Of a stretch of 64,000 nt of DNA, positions 22,901-39,066 are shown one piece after another. The notes under the pieces are model-generated. The model had not been told where the DNA came from and did no database searches. It worked only from the letters and a program-made list of their open reading frames with translations. The DNA comes from Eledone cirrhosa (lineage: Eukaryota): the NCBI GenBank assembly GCA_964016885.1, contig OZ024742.1, positions 22,816,001 to 22,880,000 on the forward strand, read 5' to 3'. The position numbers were made by a program, and so were the translations under genes. The first letter of the stretch is position 1; each line of letters begins with the position of its first letter.

Positions 22901-25039
22901 ACATACATATATATATTTGTGTGTGTGTCTATGTATTTGGATGGTGTATATGTGTATCTATATAGTGAAAGTCTCTTGCAATATATCTTGTTCGACTGCA
23001 TCAGAAATAAAGTAAGCTTGTAGGTTTTCTCATAGAAAATATGAATCTGGACCGAGAAGACTGCAAGTACACTAACATTGTCTAGTGTGTTTATAAAGGG
23101 TTCTTCTTCTTCTTCTTCTTCATCTTCTTCTTCTTCTTCTTCTTCTTCTTCTTCTTCTTCTTCTTCTTCTTCTTCTTCTTCTTCTTCTTCTTCTTCTTCT
23201 TCTTCTTCTTCTCGTTCTCATTGACGATGGCGACGCATTGTGCCGTCTTCTGCGACTTTTCACTAGCTGGATAAGTTGCACTTTTGAAAGAGCGCAGCCT
23301 TTTTTTGTTTGCATCTTCCAGGCACTAAAGTGTATGTTGTTGTTGTTAGCTTCAGTATGTCCTCGATTGAAGAAGCGATTATGGTGTATGTATTATATAG
23401 GTTGTTGTTGTTGTTGGCCATGGGTTGTCCTCGATTCAACAAGCCCATAATGAAAAATATTCTAGCCATGAAGACGACGTCTCTTAATATAAATATATTT
23501 TGTAAATAAGAACAAGACACCAGACCTCATTCACATATCAAATGGAGTGGAACACGTCAGATCGGGCCAAGTAATCACTGTTTCCAATGGTCTTTCCAAT
23601 TACTAATCCGATTTACCGATAACACCTCCTGGCAGAAGAAGCAACATGAAATAATGTGTTCCGCATCACCCGGTTCGGAAACGAACTCACCTTACGATGG
23701 CGAATCAAACTCCCTAACCTTTAAGCCACACAACTTCACTAATATCATTAATCTTATATTTTTAACATTCCTTTTTTAAGACTATTGTATGTAATTCTAG
23801 CGATATTTCGGTGCTGTCTCTAGCAGTTCTAGTTATAACGTGAATAATACACATTATTTATAGTTGGTACCTTAGCCAGTTCAGTTAGGGAATCTATTTT
23901 TTGTATTTGTGGATGTGGTGTTTGGAAAGGGAAATCCTTTCTGGTAGAATATCGTGTAATTAATACTGTGTTTAGTGCAGAATAGTGAACGCGTGTGGCT
24001 GAGTGGTTAGAGAACTGGATCCGCAATCGTGAGGTTGTCAGTTCGATTCCTGGACAGGGCGATGCGTTATGTCCTTGAGCAAGACACTTTATTTCACGTT
24101 GCTCCTTCTACCTGGAGTTGCGACGGATAGATAGTATTAGCAATTGGAAAATCCAACGGAAACATTGTTTCTTCGGTCCGATTTGACGAAAGTCGATCAA
24201 CAATTTTAGTGCAGAATATAGAAGGAACGTGGCGCAGTGGTTAAAGTGTTCAGTTCACGATAGTAAGGTCATGAGTTCGATTCGTGGATCACATAGGGAG
24301 TCTTTGAGCATCCCCCTTAATTTCACGTCACTCCTTTCAACTCAGCTAGCAAAATGAGTTGTACTTGTAATTTAAAAAGCTAGCCTTGTTACACATTGTG
24401 TGACACTGAATCTCCCTGAGAATTATATTAAGAGTGCAAGGGTTTATGGAATGCTCAGCCACTTGCCAGTTAATTTCACAAGGTGGCATTTCCTTTGACA
24501 TAATTAACTGCTGTCCTCATCATTAGAAAACGAGAGAGTTTCAACGACAACAATATTTCAGAATTAACGATAAGATAGATTCATTTTTATCGATAAGCTT
24601 TGCTTTAAGGATAAAGGGAGATCACCATATGTGTGTGACAGCTCACACATAGGCAGGTTTAGCTGGCCTCCCCCAAGGTATATCTCGTTGGGGGTGTCTT
24701 GGCTGATTTAATGATAGGGACCCAAGTCCTATCATCTCATTTCTGCAGCTGAGTAAACTGGAGCAACGTGAAATAAAGTGTCTTGCTCAAGGAAACAACA
24801 TATCACCCGGTCCAAGAATTGAACTCACAACTTTTCGATTGCAAGCCCAATGCTCTAGCCACTAAGTCATGCGCCTTCACCATATGTGAGTAATATATAC
24901 TTTCTAGCAGGAAACATGAAATACTCAACTAGTAGTTCCTAAATACTGGAAAAGCACAAGGCAACAATGAACATGTTTTATGAATACATTTGAATGATAA
25001 ATATAAAAAAAAAGTGTTTACGGTGAGTGTGCGTCTGTG

Positions 25040-25230
25040 AAACATATACATACACACCAGGTCCGAACACAAAGTAACCAAACTCCCACTGCCTCTGTCT
25101 CTCCAACTCATCCCATCTCTCACCATTATGAGCAAATGGAGGCCTACGCGCTCGCCGCCCCGCGGCCACAGCTGACAGATTAGAGAAGGCGTTTCTCCGG
25201 AGGATGGCGAAGGAGATGCGTGTAAAATAT
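25040..25230 (-). mobile_element. Extreme 3' remnant of a CRE-like element
   Basis: FTRISFAILRRNAFSNLSA matches the C-terminus FKRVSLAVLLANAFSILSA of the 157-896 element. Confidence 0.6.
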
Positions 25231-25619
25231 GATTTAGCCAAGTTGAGCAAATAGATTCTGTGGTTAACTATATGGCTTTCTTTAAGGTACGAGTAAAAAC
25301 AAACAACTAGACTATATTCACGCGGATATTTATAATGTTATTGACTGTAAGACCTGACGTTTGACCAACATTCTACTCATGTACAAGGAAGCTATGAGAG
25401 ATTAGATAAACGCGTTTTATATTGACTATGGAAGAAGGAAAGTAAAGAAAATGATGAAGCTGTAGAGAAAACGGAGAAGAGGTAGAAGAAGAAGAAGAAG
25501 AAGAAGAAGATTTTATAATTATTATAAAATAGTGTATACGCTATAATTATCTCTAATAATCACTTATATTGATTCTCTATCGGTTTGAATAATAAACATA
25601 TGAAAGTCAACAACGAATA

Positions 25620-26072
25620 TCTTCTTCTTCTTCTTCTTCTTCTTCTTCTTCTTCTTCTTCTTCTTCTTCTTCTTCTTCTTCTTCTTCTTCTTCTTCTTCG
25701 TCGCCCACTTATTCCTGAGAGAGTCATGGGGTAAGAGTAACCACCTCCAACTGATACGACTTAATCCTCAAACGAGACCAGCCAAGGTCATGGATGGTAA
25801 CTAACCATCTTCCTCGAATCTGCCTATGGGTCTCTTGCCAGTTGGTTTTGCCCTTAAAATCTGTCCAGCGATTCTTTCCTGAGACATTCTAACCACATGC
25901 CCATAGTATCGGAGCTGTGATCTCTCAATTCGGAGAAGTAGCAGCTCTACATGGATCTCCGAGCTGCGCACTCTATCGAGTAAGGTTACTCCTAAGACCC
26001 TTCGGAGGAACCCCATTTCGGCCACTGGTATTCACCCTTGTAGTCTTTCGATCATTACACAAGATTCATGAC
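25620..26072 (-). mobile_element. 3' fragment of an RTE-clade LINE with (GAA)n tail
   Basis: AEMGFLRRVLGVTLLDRVRSSEI..IERSQLRYYGHVVRM..GKRPIGR, then a (GAA)n tail at 25620-25699. A similar tail remnant lies at 52660-52720(+). Confidence 0.85.
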
Positions 26073-26521
26073 AAATATCTAATTTCAGTATATTTCTATA
26101 AAATAGAAACGGCGACATCTTTATGTTTTCATTAAAAAAAAAACGCGATAGATAATCTATCATAGTTTTATTGATGAAATGTAAAATATAGTAAAATTAT
26201 TCTCTTCTATTACACAGAAGAAAGCTTTATAAACAAATAAAGTGATGAATGGTCTATATTAAAATATAGGCAACAGGAGAGGAAAACCTGTCGACTCATT
26301 TATGAATAACTCCTTCATAACATTTTCTGGCCACTCGAAATAACATCCGTTATACACACACACACACACACAGACACATATATATATATTTATATATATA
26401 TATATATATATAATTCTCATTTAATAAAATGACTTCTATATTTTATTTATCATCATGTATCTCTCTCTCTGTATACAAACACACTCACACACACACACAC
26501 ACAGGCATATATATATATATA

Positions 26522-26803
26522 TAGTGGAGCTTCAGTTCACCAATTTAATTCGTTTCTGAAGGCCAATAGTTATCCGAAATATGCGTTAACTGAAAGACAG
26601 ATAGATATCGCCATAGCAACCAGCTACACAGCATGTGATACTTTCCCACCGATGCTCCTAACTTGTTGCCAACCGTTGATGCCGGCTTGCGTGTTCGTGA
26701 TCGAGTCATCGTTCGTCGACCGAGACGTTTTATGTTCGTAAAAATTGTTTGTGGAACGATATGATTGTGATGGGAGGTGTTCATAAACCGATATTCCACT
26801 GTA
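26522..26803. mobile_element. Probable Tc1/mariner (Tigger/pogo-like) MITE
   Basis: Degenerate inverted ends TAGTGGA.. / ..TCCACTGTA, flanked by TA tracts, with a non-coding interior. Confidence 0.45.
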
Positions 26804-26887
26804 TATATATATATATTTAGCTGCACACCGAAACTGCATTCGTTAGCTTGGCTGCAACCATGGCTTCGCTGATGCTGTACTAAATTT

Positions 26888-26937
<50 letters not shown>

Positions 26938-27054
26938 AAAGTCTGTCTTAAGCCAGAAGACTCATTTAGCCAGTGCTTATCCCGGTTTCATGGCGTGAAG
27001 CGACTAAGAGTACAAGACTCCCCCCTGGACAGGACGCCAGGGTTAAACTCCAAC

Positions 27055-27119
<65 letters not shown>

Positions 27120-27129
27120 ATGTGTGTGT

Positions 27130-27214
<85 letters not shown>

Positions 27215-27301
27215 CGTGTGCGTGTATGTGTGTTTGTATGTGTGTATTTGTATATTCCTTAGTAAGGCTCCTGAATATTCATTAGTACTTATATTAGTAT
27301 A

Positions 27302-28599
27302 TATGCAATATTTGTTCCAAAAGTAACAGTACTGATTTTACTATGTATGATATAGTAACGCAGCCCCTCGTTGATGTAAATAGTCGTGTTGGTTATTACT
27401 TTGGTTGCACGTACTTTCTTGTTTCAACATGATCGATTGAGGCAGTCATAAGTTACTGTTGTGTTTGTACAGCCGTGTTTATAACCTCTGTTGCGTTTGC
27501 GAAGTAGAAAATAACAAACAACGGTACGCGATCAAATTTTGTGTGAAACTCAACAAATCTGCCACCAAAACATTTAATCTGTTTTCACAAGATTTTGGAA
27601 TAGGTGCCATTTCGATAAGTACATTTTTAAGTGGCACAAAGCTTTCAAAGAGGGCCAAGAAAATGTTGAAGACGAACATCGTTCTGGAAAGGGAATCTCG
27701 TCAACAAATGAACATGTGGTAGTGGTGTGAGCGTAGTTAGCAAAAGATCACCGATTATGTGCTAGAATAATACCAGAAGAAACGGGTTTAAATAAAACTG
27801 CAGTGTACAGAATTGTAACATTCCATTTACTCGTGCGAGAAAATTGTGCAAAACTAATGACCAAACATTGGTCAGTACAAAAAACACTTGTCAGAGAAAA
27901 GAGCGAACTGGTAGGAAATTTGTTAGGATTTGAAAGAAAGACTCGAAACTGAACCACATTTCTTGGTTAAAGTAATAAGAGGAGATGAATCATGGGTGTT
28001 TGGGTACTATAGAGAGACAAAATGGCAAAGTTGGGAGTGACACACGAAAACTTCTCGCCAAAAGAAAGCACGCATGAGCATATCCGGGGTGAAAACGATG
28101 ATTATCATTTTCCCGACAGCCATGGTATTGTTCACAAAGAATTTTACACTCCAGAGCAGACATTTAATATCACTTTCTACAAAGATGTCTTGGGACGACT
28201 TAGAAAACCGTTCCAGTGAAACAAAAAGGACATTGAAGGGGATTGGGCATTGTACCTCGATAAAACTCCTGCTGACATCAATTTCATTTAGAAAATTCCT
28301 GACGAAGAAATACATCTTCCCTGCAGATCAGATGTAGCTCAGTGTGATTTCTACTTCTCCCTAATTAGAAATAAATGTTGAAAGATCATCGTATTGTGAC
28401 TGTGGAAAATATAACTGACAAGCAAAGGACACTCACAAAAATAACTTCTTGTACTGCTGCGATCAATGTAAAAATCATTGGGACCATAGTGTGATTTTCC
28501 AAGGGACGTATTTTGAAGGACACCTTATAATTAAATGTACGTCTAATGTACATTTAAATAAAACATCAAAAACATTACTTTTCGGACAAGTTTGGTGTA
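27302..28599 (+). mobile_element. Decayed mariner DNA transposon (about 1.3 kb)
   Basis: QRYAIKFCVKLNKSAT, WHKAFKEG.ENVEDEHRSG, GDESWVFGY, DSHGIVHKEF and DVAQCDF in shifting frames. Degenerate TIRs TTGTTCCAAAAGTAA / TTACTTTTCGGACAA. Confidence 0.88.
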
Positions 28600-28625
28600 C
28601 ATTATGTATGTATATATATATATAT

Positions 28626-28800
28626 AGGAACAAGTAAGACCCCGACGGCTGAGCTCAAGCCGTTTCGACGGCTAATTCTGTACTGGCTTGAGCTCAGCCG
28701 TCGGGGTCTTACTTGTTCCTATTACCCACTCTACTACCCTAAGTATTGAGTACTTTGGTGCGTTATGGTCCACCTGGTTCCTTAACACATTTCCTTCGTT
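28626..28800 (+). mobile_element. Short hairpin element in (TA)n carrying the 3' half of an HHR (copies at 39326-39452(-), 43723-43915, 46567-46756, 50309-50510)
   Basis: An inverted arm of about 50-60 nt, then a direct arm with GAAACGGC-ttgagctct-GCCGTC and a shared tail of about 85 nt. Confidence 0.85.
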
Positions 28801-29549
28801 ATATATATATATATATATATATGATTATATATTCTAATATATCAATATATGTTTATATGGGTATATTTATATATGTATATATATATATATATATATATTT
28901 ATTAAAATAACAGATTAAAGTTTAAGCAAATAATCGCTGCTTTCACCCCTAACGGGATCTTCAGAAGATCCAGTTAAGCGATTTTTTGCTTAAACTTTAA
29001 TCTGTTATTTTAATACATTTTTACTCTACGATTCTTATATATTTGATATATATTTATCCTTATCGAGCCCTCTTTGGATTTTAGTCTTCAAATTTATTAT
29101 TATTACTATATATATAAATATGTGTGTGTTTGTGTGGGAGTGTGTGTGTATATATGTGTATATGGGAATATTTATATATGCATATATATATATATACATA
29201 TATATTCTAATATAGAAATATGTATGTGTATATGTGTACGTATATATATATATATATACATATATATACATATATATATGTTTGTATATATATATATATA
29301 TATATATATAGGGGATAGATTAAATGAGACAACAGATTGTCCTTATCAGTTGTTTATATATTAATGTACACGACTCATCTGATTATCTTTTAAAAACCAT
29401 CTCTGTATGATGGAATAGCGGAATTTCAGTATAATATATTATTTGTTGTTCGTTAATAACATCATGACAAGCTGATCTATCAGTCAATAGAGTTTTTCCG
29501 GCTCCATAGCTTGTTTTCCTTTTATTTAATAATATATATATGTATATAT

Positions 29550-29694
<145 letters not shown>

Positions 29695-29707
29695 TATACG
29701 TATATAT

Positions 29708-29778
<71 letters not shown>

Positions 29779-30092
29779 TATATATATACATATATATATA
29801 TATGAATAAATATATATATATATATATAAATATTAAATGTATAAATTCAGTTGGGAACTCAAAATAGTCTCTTACAACAAAATAGCTATAAAAAAGAGAT
29901 ATTTCTGAGCCGTATATTATAATAGAATATAAAAGAAAAGCGAACAGAGATATATAGATATATGTGTTCAAATCGTAAGGGACCTGATTCGCTAAGGTGA
30001 AAAGAATACCAACTATAGAAATTGGGTTCGCTTGTCTCAATTTAAAAAAAAAATAGGAAAATAATTACAAACCGGAATTGTGGTAACTACCA

Positions 30093-30167
30093 ATCACCCA
30101 GACAACTTGTTGTTTCGCAAAGTTAATTGTAAATAGAAATACCAATCCAAGCTCATCAGTGGGTGAT
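30093..30167 (-). ncRNA. Type I hammerhead ribozyme (inverted copy)
   Basis: Reverse complement of the 30637-30711 motif, with an intact core. Confidence 0.85.
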
Positions 30168-30636
30168 AAATTAGTATCCTAGACATCTATGTATGCTATA
30201 TATAAAATAAAACAGCGCCTATGGCATCCTAGCGAGTCTCACAAACCCACACCACTAAAAATAGCAGCCAGGTTTACTCGACATTTGAAATAGCTCAACA
30301 AATTAACGGTGCCGAATATATTAAATCAGGTCCCTTACGATTTGAACACATATATCTATATATCTGTGTTCGCTTTTCTTTTATATTCTATTATAATATA
30401 CGGCTCAGAAATATCTCTTTTTTAGAGCTATTTTGTTGTAAGAGACTATTTTGGGTTCCTAACTCAATTTATACATTTAATATATTCGGCTCCGTTAATT
30501 TGTTGAGCTATTTCAAATGTCGAGTAAACCTGGCTGCTATTTTTAGTGGTGTGAGTTTGTGAGACTCGCTAGGATGCCATGTGCGCTGTTTTACTTTTAT
30601 ATATAGCATACATAGATGTGTCTAGGATACTAATTT

Positions 30637-30711
30637 ATCACCCACTGATGAGCTTGGATTAGTATTTCTATTCGCAATTAACTTTGCGAAACAACAAGTT
30701 GTCTGGGTGAT
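30637..30711 (+). ncRNA. Type I hammerhead ribozyme with an extended stem II region
   Basis: AUCACCCA-CUGAUGA-GC..GC-GAAACAACaaGUUGUC|UGGGUGAU. Helix I is 8 bp, stem III is 5 bp and the site is GUC. Confidence 0.9.
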
Positions 30712-30881
30712 TGGTAGTTACCACAATTCAGGTTTGTAATTATTTTCCTAATTTTTTCTAAAATTGAGACAAACGAACCCAATTTCTATAGTTGGTATTC
30801 TTTTCACCTTAGCGAATCAGGTCTCTTACGATTTGAACATATATATCTATATATCTGTGTTTGTTTTTCTTTTATATTCTG

Positions 30882-30918
<37 letters not shown>

Positions 30919-31012
30919 CACACACACATACCAGCAGACACAGGCACAGACACATATATATATATATACGTATAAATGTGTATATTTATATATATATGAA
31001 TAAATGTAATAT

Positions 31013-32977
<1,965 letters not shown>

Positions 32978-32978
32978 C

Positions 32979-33009
<31 letters not shown>

Positions 33010-33017
33010 GTATATAC

Positions 33018-33161
<144 letters not shown>

Positions 33162-33162
33162 C

Positions 33163-33193
<31 letters not shown>

Positions 33194-33201
33194 GTATATA
33201 C

Positions 33202-33272
<71 letters not shown>

Positions 33273-33273
33273 A

Positions 33274-33311
<38 letters not shown>

Positions 33312-33373
33312 ATACATGCATATATATATGTATGTATATACTGTATATATATATTATATACAGTATATACATA

Positions 33374-33420
<47 letters not shown>

Positions 33421-33523
33421 CATATATATATGTTCACTATTTTATTTTCTAACAGACTCATCAGAAATGATTATTTCAAATGATTAATAATGTTACATCT
33501 GTTCTTGTTGGATTTGTCCCCCG

Positions 33524-33554
<31 letters not shown>

Positions 33555-33557
33555 CTT

Positions 33558-33589
<32 letters not shown>

Positions 33590-33849
33590 ATACCGGTACA
33601 CAGTATTAGCAAAGAAAAGACCAGTGACAAAATTGTGTCCTGGGTCCCATTAGACGTGTTCTACCCTAAATAAGAAATTCCTGCACCAACAACCACTTCT
33701 AGAACTGGTTACAATAGCAGTTAAAACAAGGGATATTTACCCCCCCCCCCCCCCACTCAATCCAACCCGCCTCCCTATGGAAGTCTATAAAACATAAAAT
33801 ATACATTATACAGACACTCACTATGAGGTTATACTCCTTCAATATACTT

Positions 33850-34615
33850 ACAAATACATAAATAACATTACAAATGTATAAATAACATTACAAATGTATA
33901 AATAACATTACAAATGTATAAATAACATTACAAATGTATAAATAACATTGCAAATATATACTAAAGATTACAAATGTATAAATAACATTACAAATGTATA
34001 AATAACATTACAAATACATAAATAACATTACAAATGTATAAATAACATTACAAATGTATAAATAACATTACAAATGTATAAATAACATTACAAATACATA
34101 AATAACATTACAAATGTATAAATAACATTACACATATATACTAAATATTAAAAATGTATAAATAACATTACAAATGTATGAATAACATTACAAATACATA
34201 AATAACATTACAAATGTATAAATAACATTACAAATGTATAAATAATATTACAAATGTATAAATAACATTACAAATGTATAAATAACATTACAAATACATA
34301 AATAACATTACAAATGTATAAATAACATTACAAATGTATAAATAATATTACAAATGTATAAATAACATTACAAATGTATAAATAACATTACAAATACATA
34401 AATAACATTACAAATGTATAAATAACATTACAAATGTATAAATAACATTACAAATGTATAAATAACATTACAAATGTATAAATAACATTACAAATATATA
34501 AATAACATTACAAATGTATAAATAACATTACAAATATATACTAAATATTACAAAAGTATAAATAACATTACAAGTGTATAAATAACATTACAAGTGTATA
34601 AATAACATTATAAAT
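33850..34615. repeat. 20-bp minisatellite (AATAACATTACAAATGTATA)n, about 38 copies
   Basis: Read directly; recurring variants ..ATACATA and CTAAATATTA. Confidence 0.97.
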
Positions 34616-34734
34616 TGCTCACAATTATTTATACAAATATAATTGTTTCTTTATACAAATATAATGTTGATAAACAGGATTAACTCTCACACTGATCTCC
34701 TTAGATATATTACAGTCTATTTCTGTTTCATGGC

Positions 34735-35762
34735 AGAGGGTTACCAGTATCAGTAGAGCGCCGGACAACATGTGTCGCGGCATAGAGATATTGGTCTTTT
34801 CCGTTCTGATTTCAAGTCCGACCGAGGTTGCCTTTGAATTTCATTTATACAAGGTGGATAAAGAAAGTACCAGTAACTTACTTGGGGTCAATTTAATCGA
34901 TTTTCCTATAAACCCAAAATTGTTGGACTTGTGCATAACCAGAAACCATTATTAGGTGGATTGGCAGTATCGGTAGAGGGTCGGACGCCATGCTTTCCAG
35001 CATAGTTACGTCCCTTTACGATCTGAGTTCAAATCCCGCCGAGGTTGACTTTGCCTTTCATCCTTACGGGGTCGATAAAATAAAGTACCAGTAATGCACT
35101 GGGTAATTGCTGGCCTTGTGCCCAAAGTAGAAACAATTATTATTAGTGGATGGCAGTAACGGTAGAGGGTCGGACGCCATGCATTGCAACATATAGTTAC
35201 GGCCCTTTACGAGTTTAGTTCAAATCCCGCCGAGATTAGCTTTGCCTTTCATCGTTACGGGGTCGATAAAATAAAGTACCAGTAATGCACTGAGATAATT
35301 GCTGGCCTTGTGCCCAAAGTAGAAACAAGTATTATTATTATTAGAGCGCGGTGGATTGGCAGTATCGGTAGAGGGTCGGATGCCATGCTTTGACGTATGG
35401 AGTTACGGCCCTTGCCATTCTGAGTTCAAATCCCGCCGAGGTTAACTTTGCCTTTCATCCTTACGGGGTCGATAAAATAAAGTACCAGTAATACAGTGGA
35501 TAATTACTGGCCTTGTGCCAAAAGTAGAAACAATTATTATTAGAGCGCGGATAATTGGTACTTCCGGTATGGCGTCGTATATCGTGCTTCTCGGCTCAGA
35601 GTTACGGTCCTCTACGTTCTGATTCCGAAATCCGCCGAACGCCTTTCATCATTACGGGACGGGTCGATAAAATAAAGTACCAGTAAGGCACAGATATCAA
35701 TGTACTTGGCTTTCCCTTTTCCACCAAATTGTTGGCCTTGTGTTTAAAATCAGAAACCATTA
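34735..35762 (+). mobile_element. Head-to-tail array of five family A SINEs
   Basis: Copies start near 34735, 34955, 35146, 35350 and 35548, each following the ATT tail of the previous copy. Confidence 0.9.
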
Positions 35763-36951
35763 TATAGCAACGAGTATATTATAACATACATTGATTGTCT
35801 GTAAAAAGATAAAATCTGGCCTCTTTGCCACTATTATGTGGTCAGTTGTAGCAGACAAATTTGACACAATCTTGACTATCAGTCATGATCAATGCCAAAT
35901 TCTGAATGGTGTTGTTATTTTTTTTTTATCTATTTCGAATTTAAATTCCTTCAGAACTTTTCAGTATAATTTATGTTCAATTATGTCATGTCTACAGTTA
36001 TAATATTTTTGCCTGCTATATTGATATAGATACTGAACCTAGAGTTCACAACTTTGTTTATTTTGACATACACTGACACTTAATATCGCGCTAGCTGTCG
36101 TCTATCTTTACGTTAAAATTGTTTGTTAAGATCTCCTATTGTAGTGAAACTAATATCATATAATATGTTGCTTCTTTAACCTTTTATGGTTTAACAATCA
36201 GTTTAACAGCAAACAAAATGTCTTCCCGTATTCCGTTCCAGTACCTTACGTTATAAGTTTGAACCCTACTGATATCGACTTTACTGTTCATCATTCAAGG
36301 TTCTATAAAATACGATTTACCTGTCGTCAATAAAGTATTGATGACATAGGCTTTACATTTCTTCATGCATGGCTTGATCAAATAGGGTTTAACCTTCACC
36401 CAGCAACGGTCAAGAAAATAGGGGTTTGCTTTCCAGCTGTCAATCATCAAGAAAGTAAGGATTTAACTTTCATTCTTCAAGCTATTCATGATAGAATCTG
36501 TTTAACTTAAGATAAAATTAATTGTGTTTGGTAGTTACGTCTCTTTACGCTCTGTGCACTTGACGGGTATAAAATATATCCCTCGCCCCACGAGAAATAA
36601 AGATTAAAATTAAATCTGGCGAGATTTGATCTCAAAATTAGATGGACATAACAAAATTCAGAAGGCACTTTACCAGCATGAACTAAGTACAAAAACCCTT
36701 TTTACTCACACAACAAGTTCACCAAAATAGTTACCCTTACATTATATACATCCGATAATATATGAACAACTTACACATTTACACATTTGCCACCCATTAA
36801 TATAGCAAAATAAACTCTATACCAAACAGAACGAACGTCTAAAACTAAAATACAAAATATCCAATGTCAAAATTCGTCAGAAACGCACAACCACCACCTA
36901 GTAAAATAACACAACTGACATTACACATACTTTACATAACAAACGAAACTA

Positions 36952-36952
36952 A

Positions 36953-37027
<75 letters not shown>

Positions 37028-37221
37028 CAGTGATAGTAGTGATAGTAGTAGTAGTAATGGTGGTGGTGGTGGTAATGATGGTAGTAGATGTAGTAGTAGT
37101 AGTAATAGTGTTAGTGGTAGTAGTAGTGGTAGTAATAGTATTAGTATTAGTAGTGGTAGTAGTAGTGGTGGTACTGATGGTATTAGTTGTAGTAGTAGTA
37201 GTAGCAGTGACGGTGATGATG

Positions 37222-37265
<44 letters not shown>

Positions 37266-37454
37266 TGTAGTAGTAGCAGTAGTAGTAGTTGTAGTAGTAG
37301 TAGTGCTAGTGGTGGTGGTATTAGTTGTAGTAGTAGTAGTGGTATTTTTGGTGTTGGTGGTGGTGGTATGTAGTAATAGTAGTAGGTGTAGTAGTAGTAG
37401 TAATTGTATTATTATTATTATTATTATTATTATTAGTAGTAGTAGTAGTAGTAA

Positions 37455-37490
<36 letters not shown>

Positions 37491-37500
37491 CAATGGTAGT
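36952..37500. repeat. Degenerate (TAG/TGG)n trinucleotide array
   Basis: Read directly. Similar arrays occur at 39452-39907 (CAC/TAC) and 40788-41643 (TAG/CAG). Confidence 0.95.
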
Positions 37501-38267
37501 TATAATAATTGTTTATACTTTTGGCTCAAGGCCAGCTATTACCCCAGTGCATTACTGGTACTTTATTTTATCGACCCCATAAGGATGAAAGGCAAAGTTA
37601 ACCTCGACGGGATTTGAACTCAGATCGTAAAGGGTCGTAACTCTATGCTGCAAAGCATGGCATCTGACCCTCTACCGATACTGCCAATCCATCGCCCTAC
37701 AAGTAGTTATAATAGTAGTAGTTATACTAATTGTTTCTACTTTTGGCACAAGGCCAGCAATTATCCCAGTGTATTACTGGTACTTTATTTTATCGACCCC
37801 ACAAGGATGAAGGGCAAAGTCAACCTAGGTGGGATTTGAACTCAGACCACAAAGGGTCGTAACTCTTTGCTGCAAAGCATGGAGTCTGACCCTCTACCGA
37901 TACTACCAATCCAATGCCTTATCTCCATCTCTGATCACGGAATAAATTTTACTTCATCAGGAAGTAATAACTATTCTGTGGATAACTTTTAGGGTGGCTA
38001 TTTTAAAGTAAGGTACGGCAATGTGCAGAATATTGATTAAATCTCATCGAATTGCTGAGATAATTAATTCCAGAAAAATTTAAATGTCATCAAACTATTT
38101 GAGTACAACGTTATGTCAGCACAATTAATTCTCTAATCATTTCGATCTGCAGAGAGACTTTCAGCATAGAAGATTCTAGAAAGGTATAATTTCAGGATTC
38201 CCCCTACCCTATCTCCAAAATACCACCGTATACGCAAATATGTATATTTACATGTACAGAATTTTAT

Positions 38268-38449
<182 letters not shown>

Positions 38450-39066
38450 CTTGGTTGTCCATCGTAAACGATGATGACATCTTCTTTATTGTTGTTCTCG
38501 TCTCCGGTGGGCACGAAGGTGGCTGTGGAGGCCGATCCTTGAGTTGCAGACCGGCAACTCCCAGAGGTTACCTCCACCTCTCGCCCATCGCTGCAGGGCT
38601 TTGGGAGTGCACGCTAAAGAAGAAACCTCACTCGGCCGCAGAAGCCAGAATCCGGTGGTACGGAGGAGCGTCACGAACAGGGACTTTCTTGGCTGCAGTG
38701 GATGGCCACGACGTCTGTAGTGCCGTGTCCTAGCGCTCCACACCGCTTGCTGTCGCTGCCTTCGTGACTGTTGGGACGATGTTGTCCTCCTCCACTCACT
38801 CCGCCAGGTCCAGTCTTCGCATGCAAGGGTAGGCATCCCCTATCTAACTCACCGGGGGGTTTCACACCTGTCCGGCTGCCCTCAAACTGGTTCGGCCCGC
38901 CAGCCAAGGCGGTTTAGCGGGGTGTGGCCGCTGTCGCATGCTACAGCTTCTTGGGACCATAGATGAGAGCTGAGTGTCAGGTGGGACCCAATGCAGGACG
39001 AGCTGTCCTGAAAAGGGCATGCCTAGCCCTCCCTACAGAGGTACATGCCCCTCCCTGACACCCCAG
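38450..39066 (-). mobile_element. Internally deleted (bipartite) RTE/BovB-like non-autonomous element
   Basis: A GC-rich structured leader is joined to the C-terminal zinc-finger remnant CNSRIGLHSHLRAH and a terminal hairpin CATCGtttaCGATG. No RT sequence lies between them. Confidence 0.7.

Larger units (their letters stand above)
29831..30890. mobile_element. Non-coding 491-nt HHR unit: about 1.1 direct copies (30324-30890) plus one inverted copy (29831-30324); retrozyme or non-autonomous PLE
   Basis: AATCAGGTC recurs at 30324 and 30815. The left half is the reverse complement in a different permutation. (TA)n lies on both sides. Confidence 0.85.

Noticed and set aside
23263-23520. Small non-repetitive ORF (MARIFFIMGLL..)
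   Set aside because: No recognisable domain, internally duplicated low-complexity sequence, and no splice support.
33850-34615. Regular repeat considered as a CRISPR-like array
   Set aside because: The 20-bp units are contiguous with no unique spacers, so it is a minisatellite.
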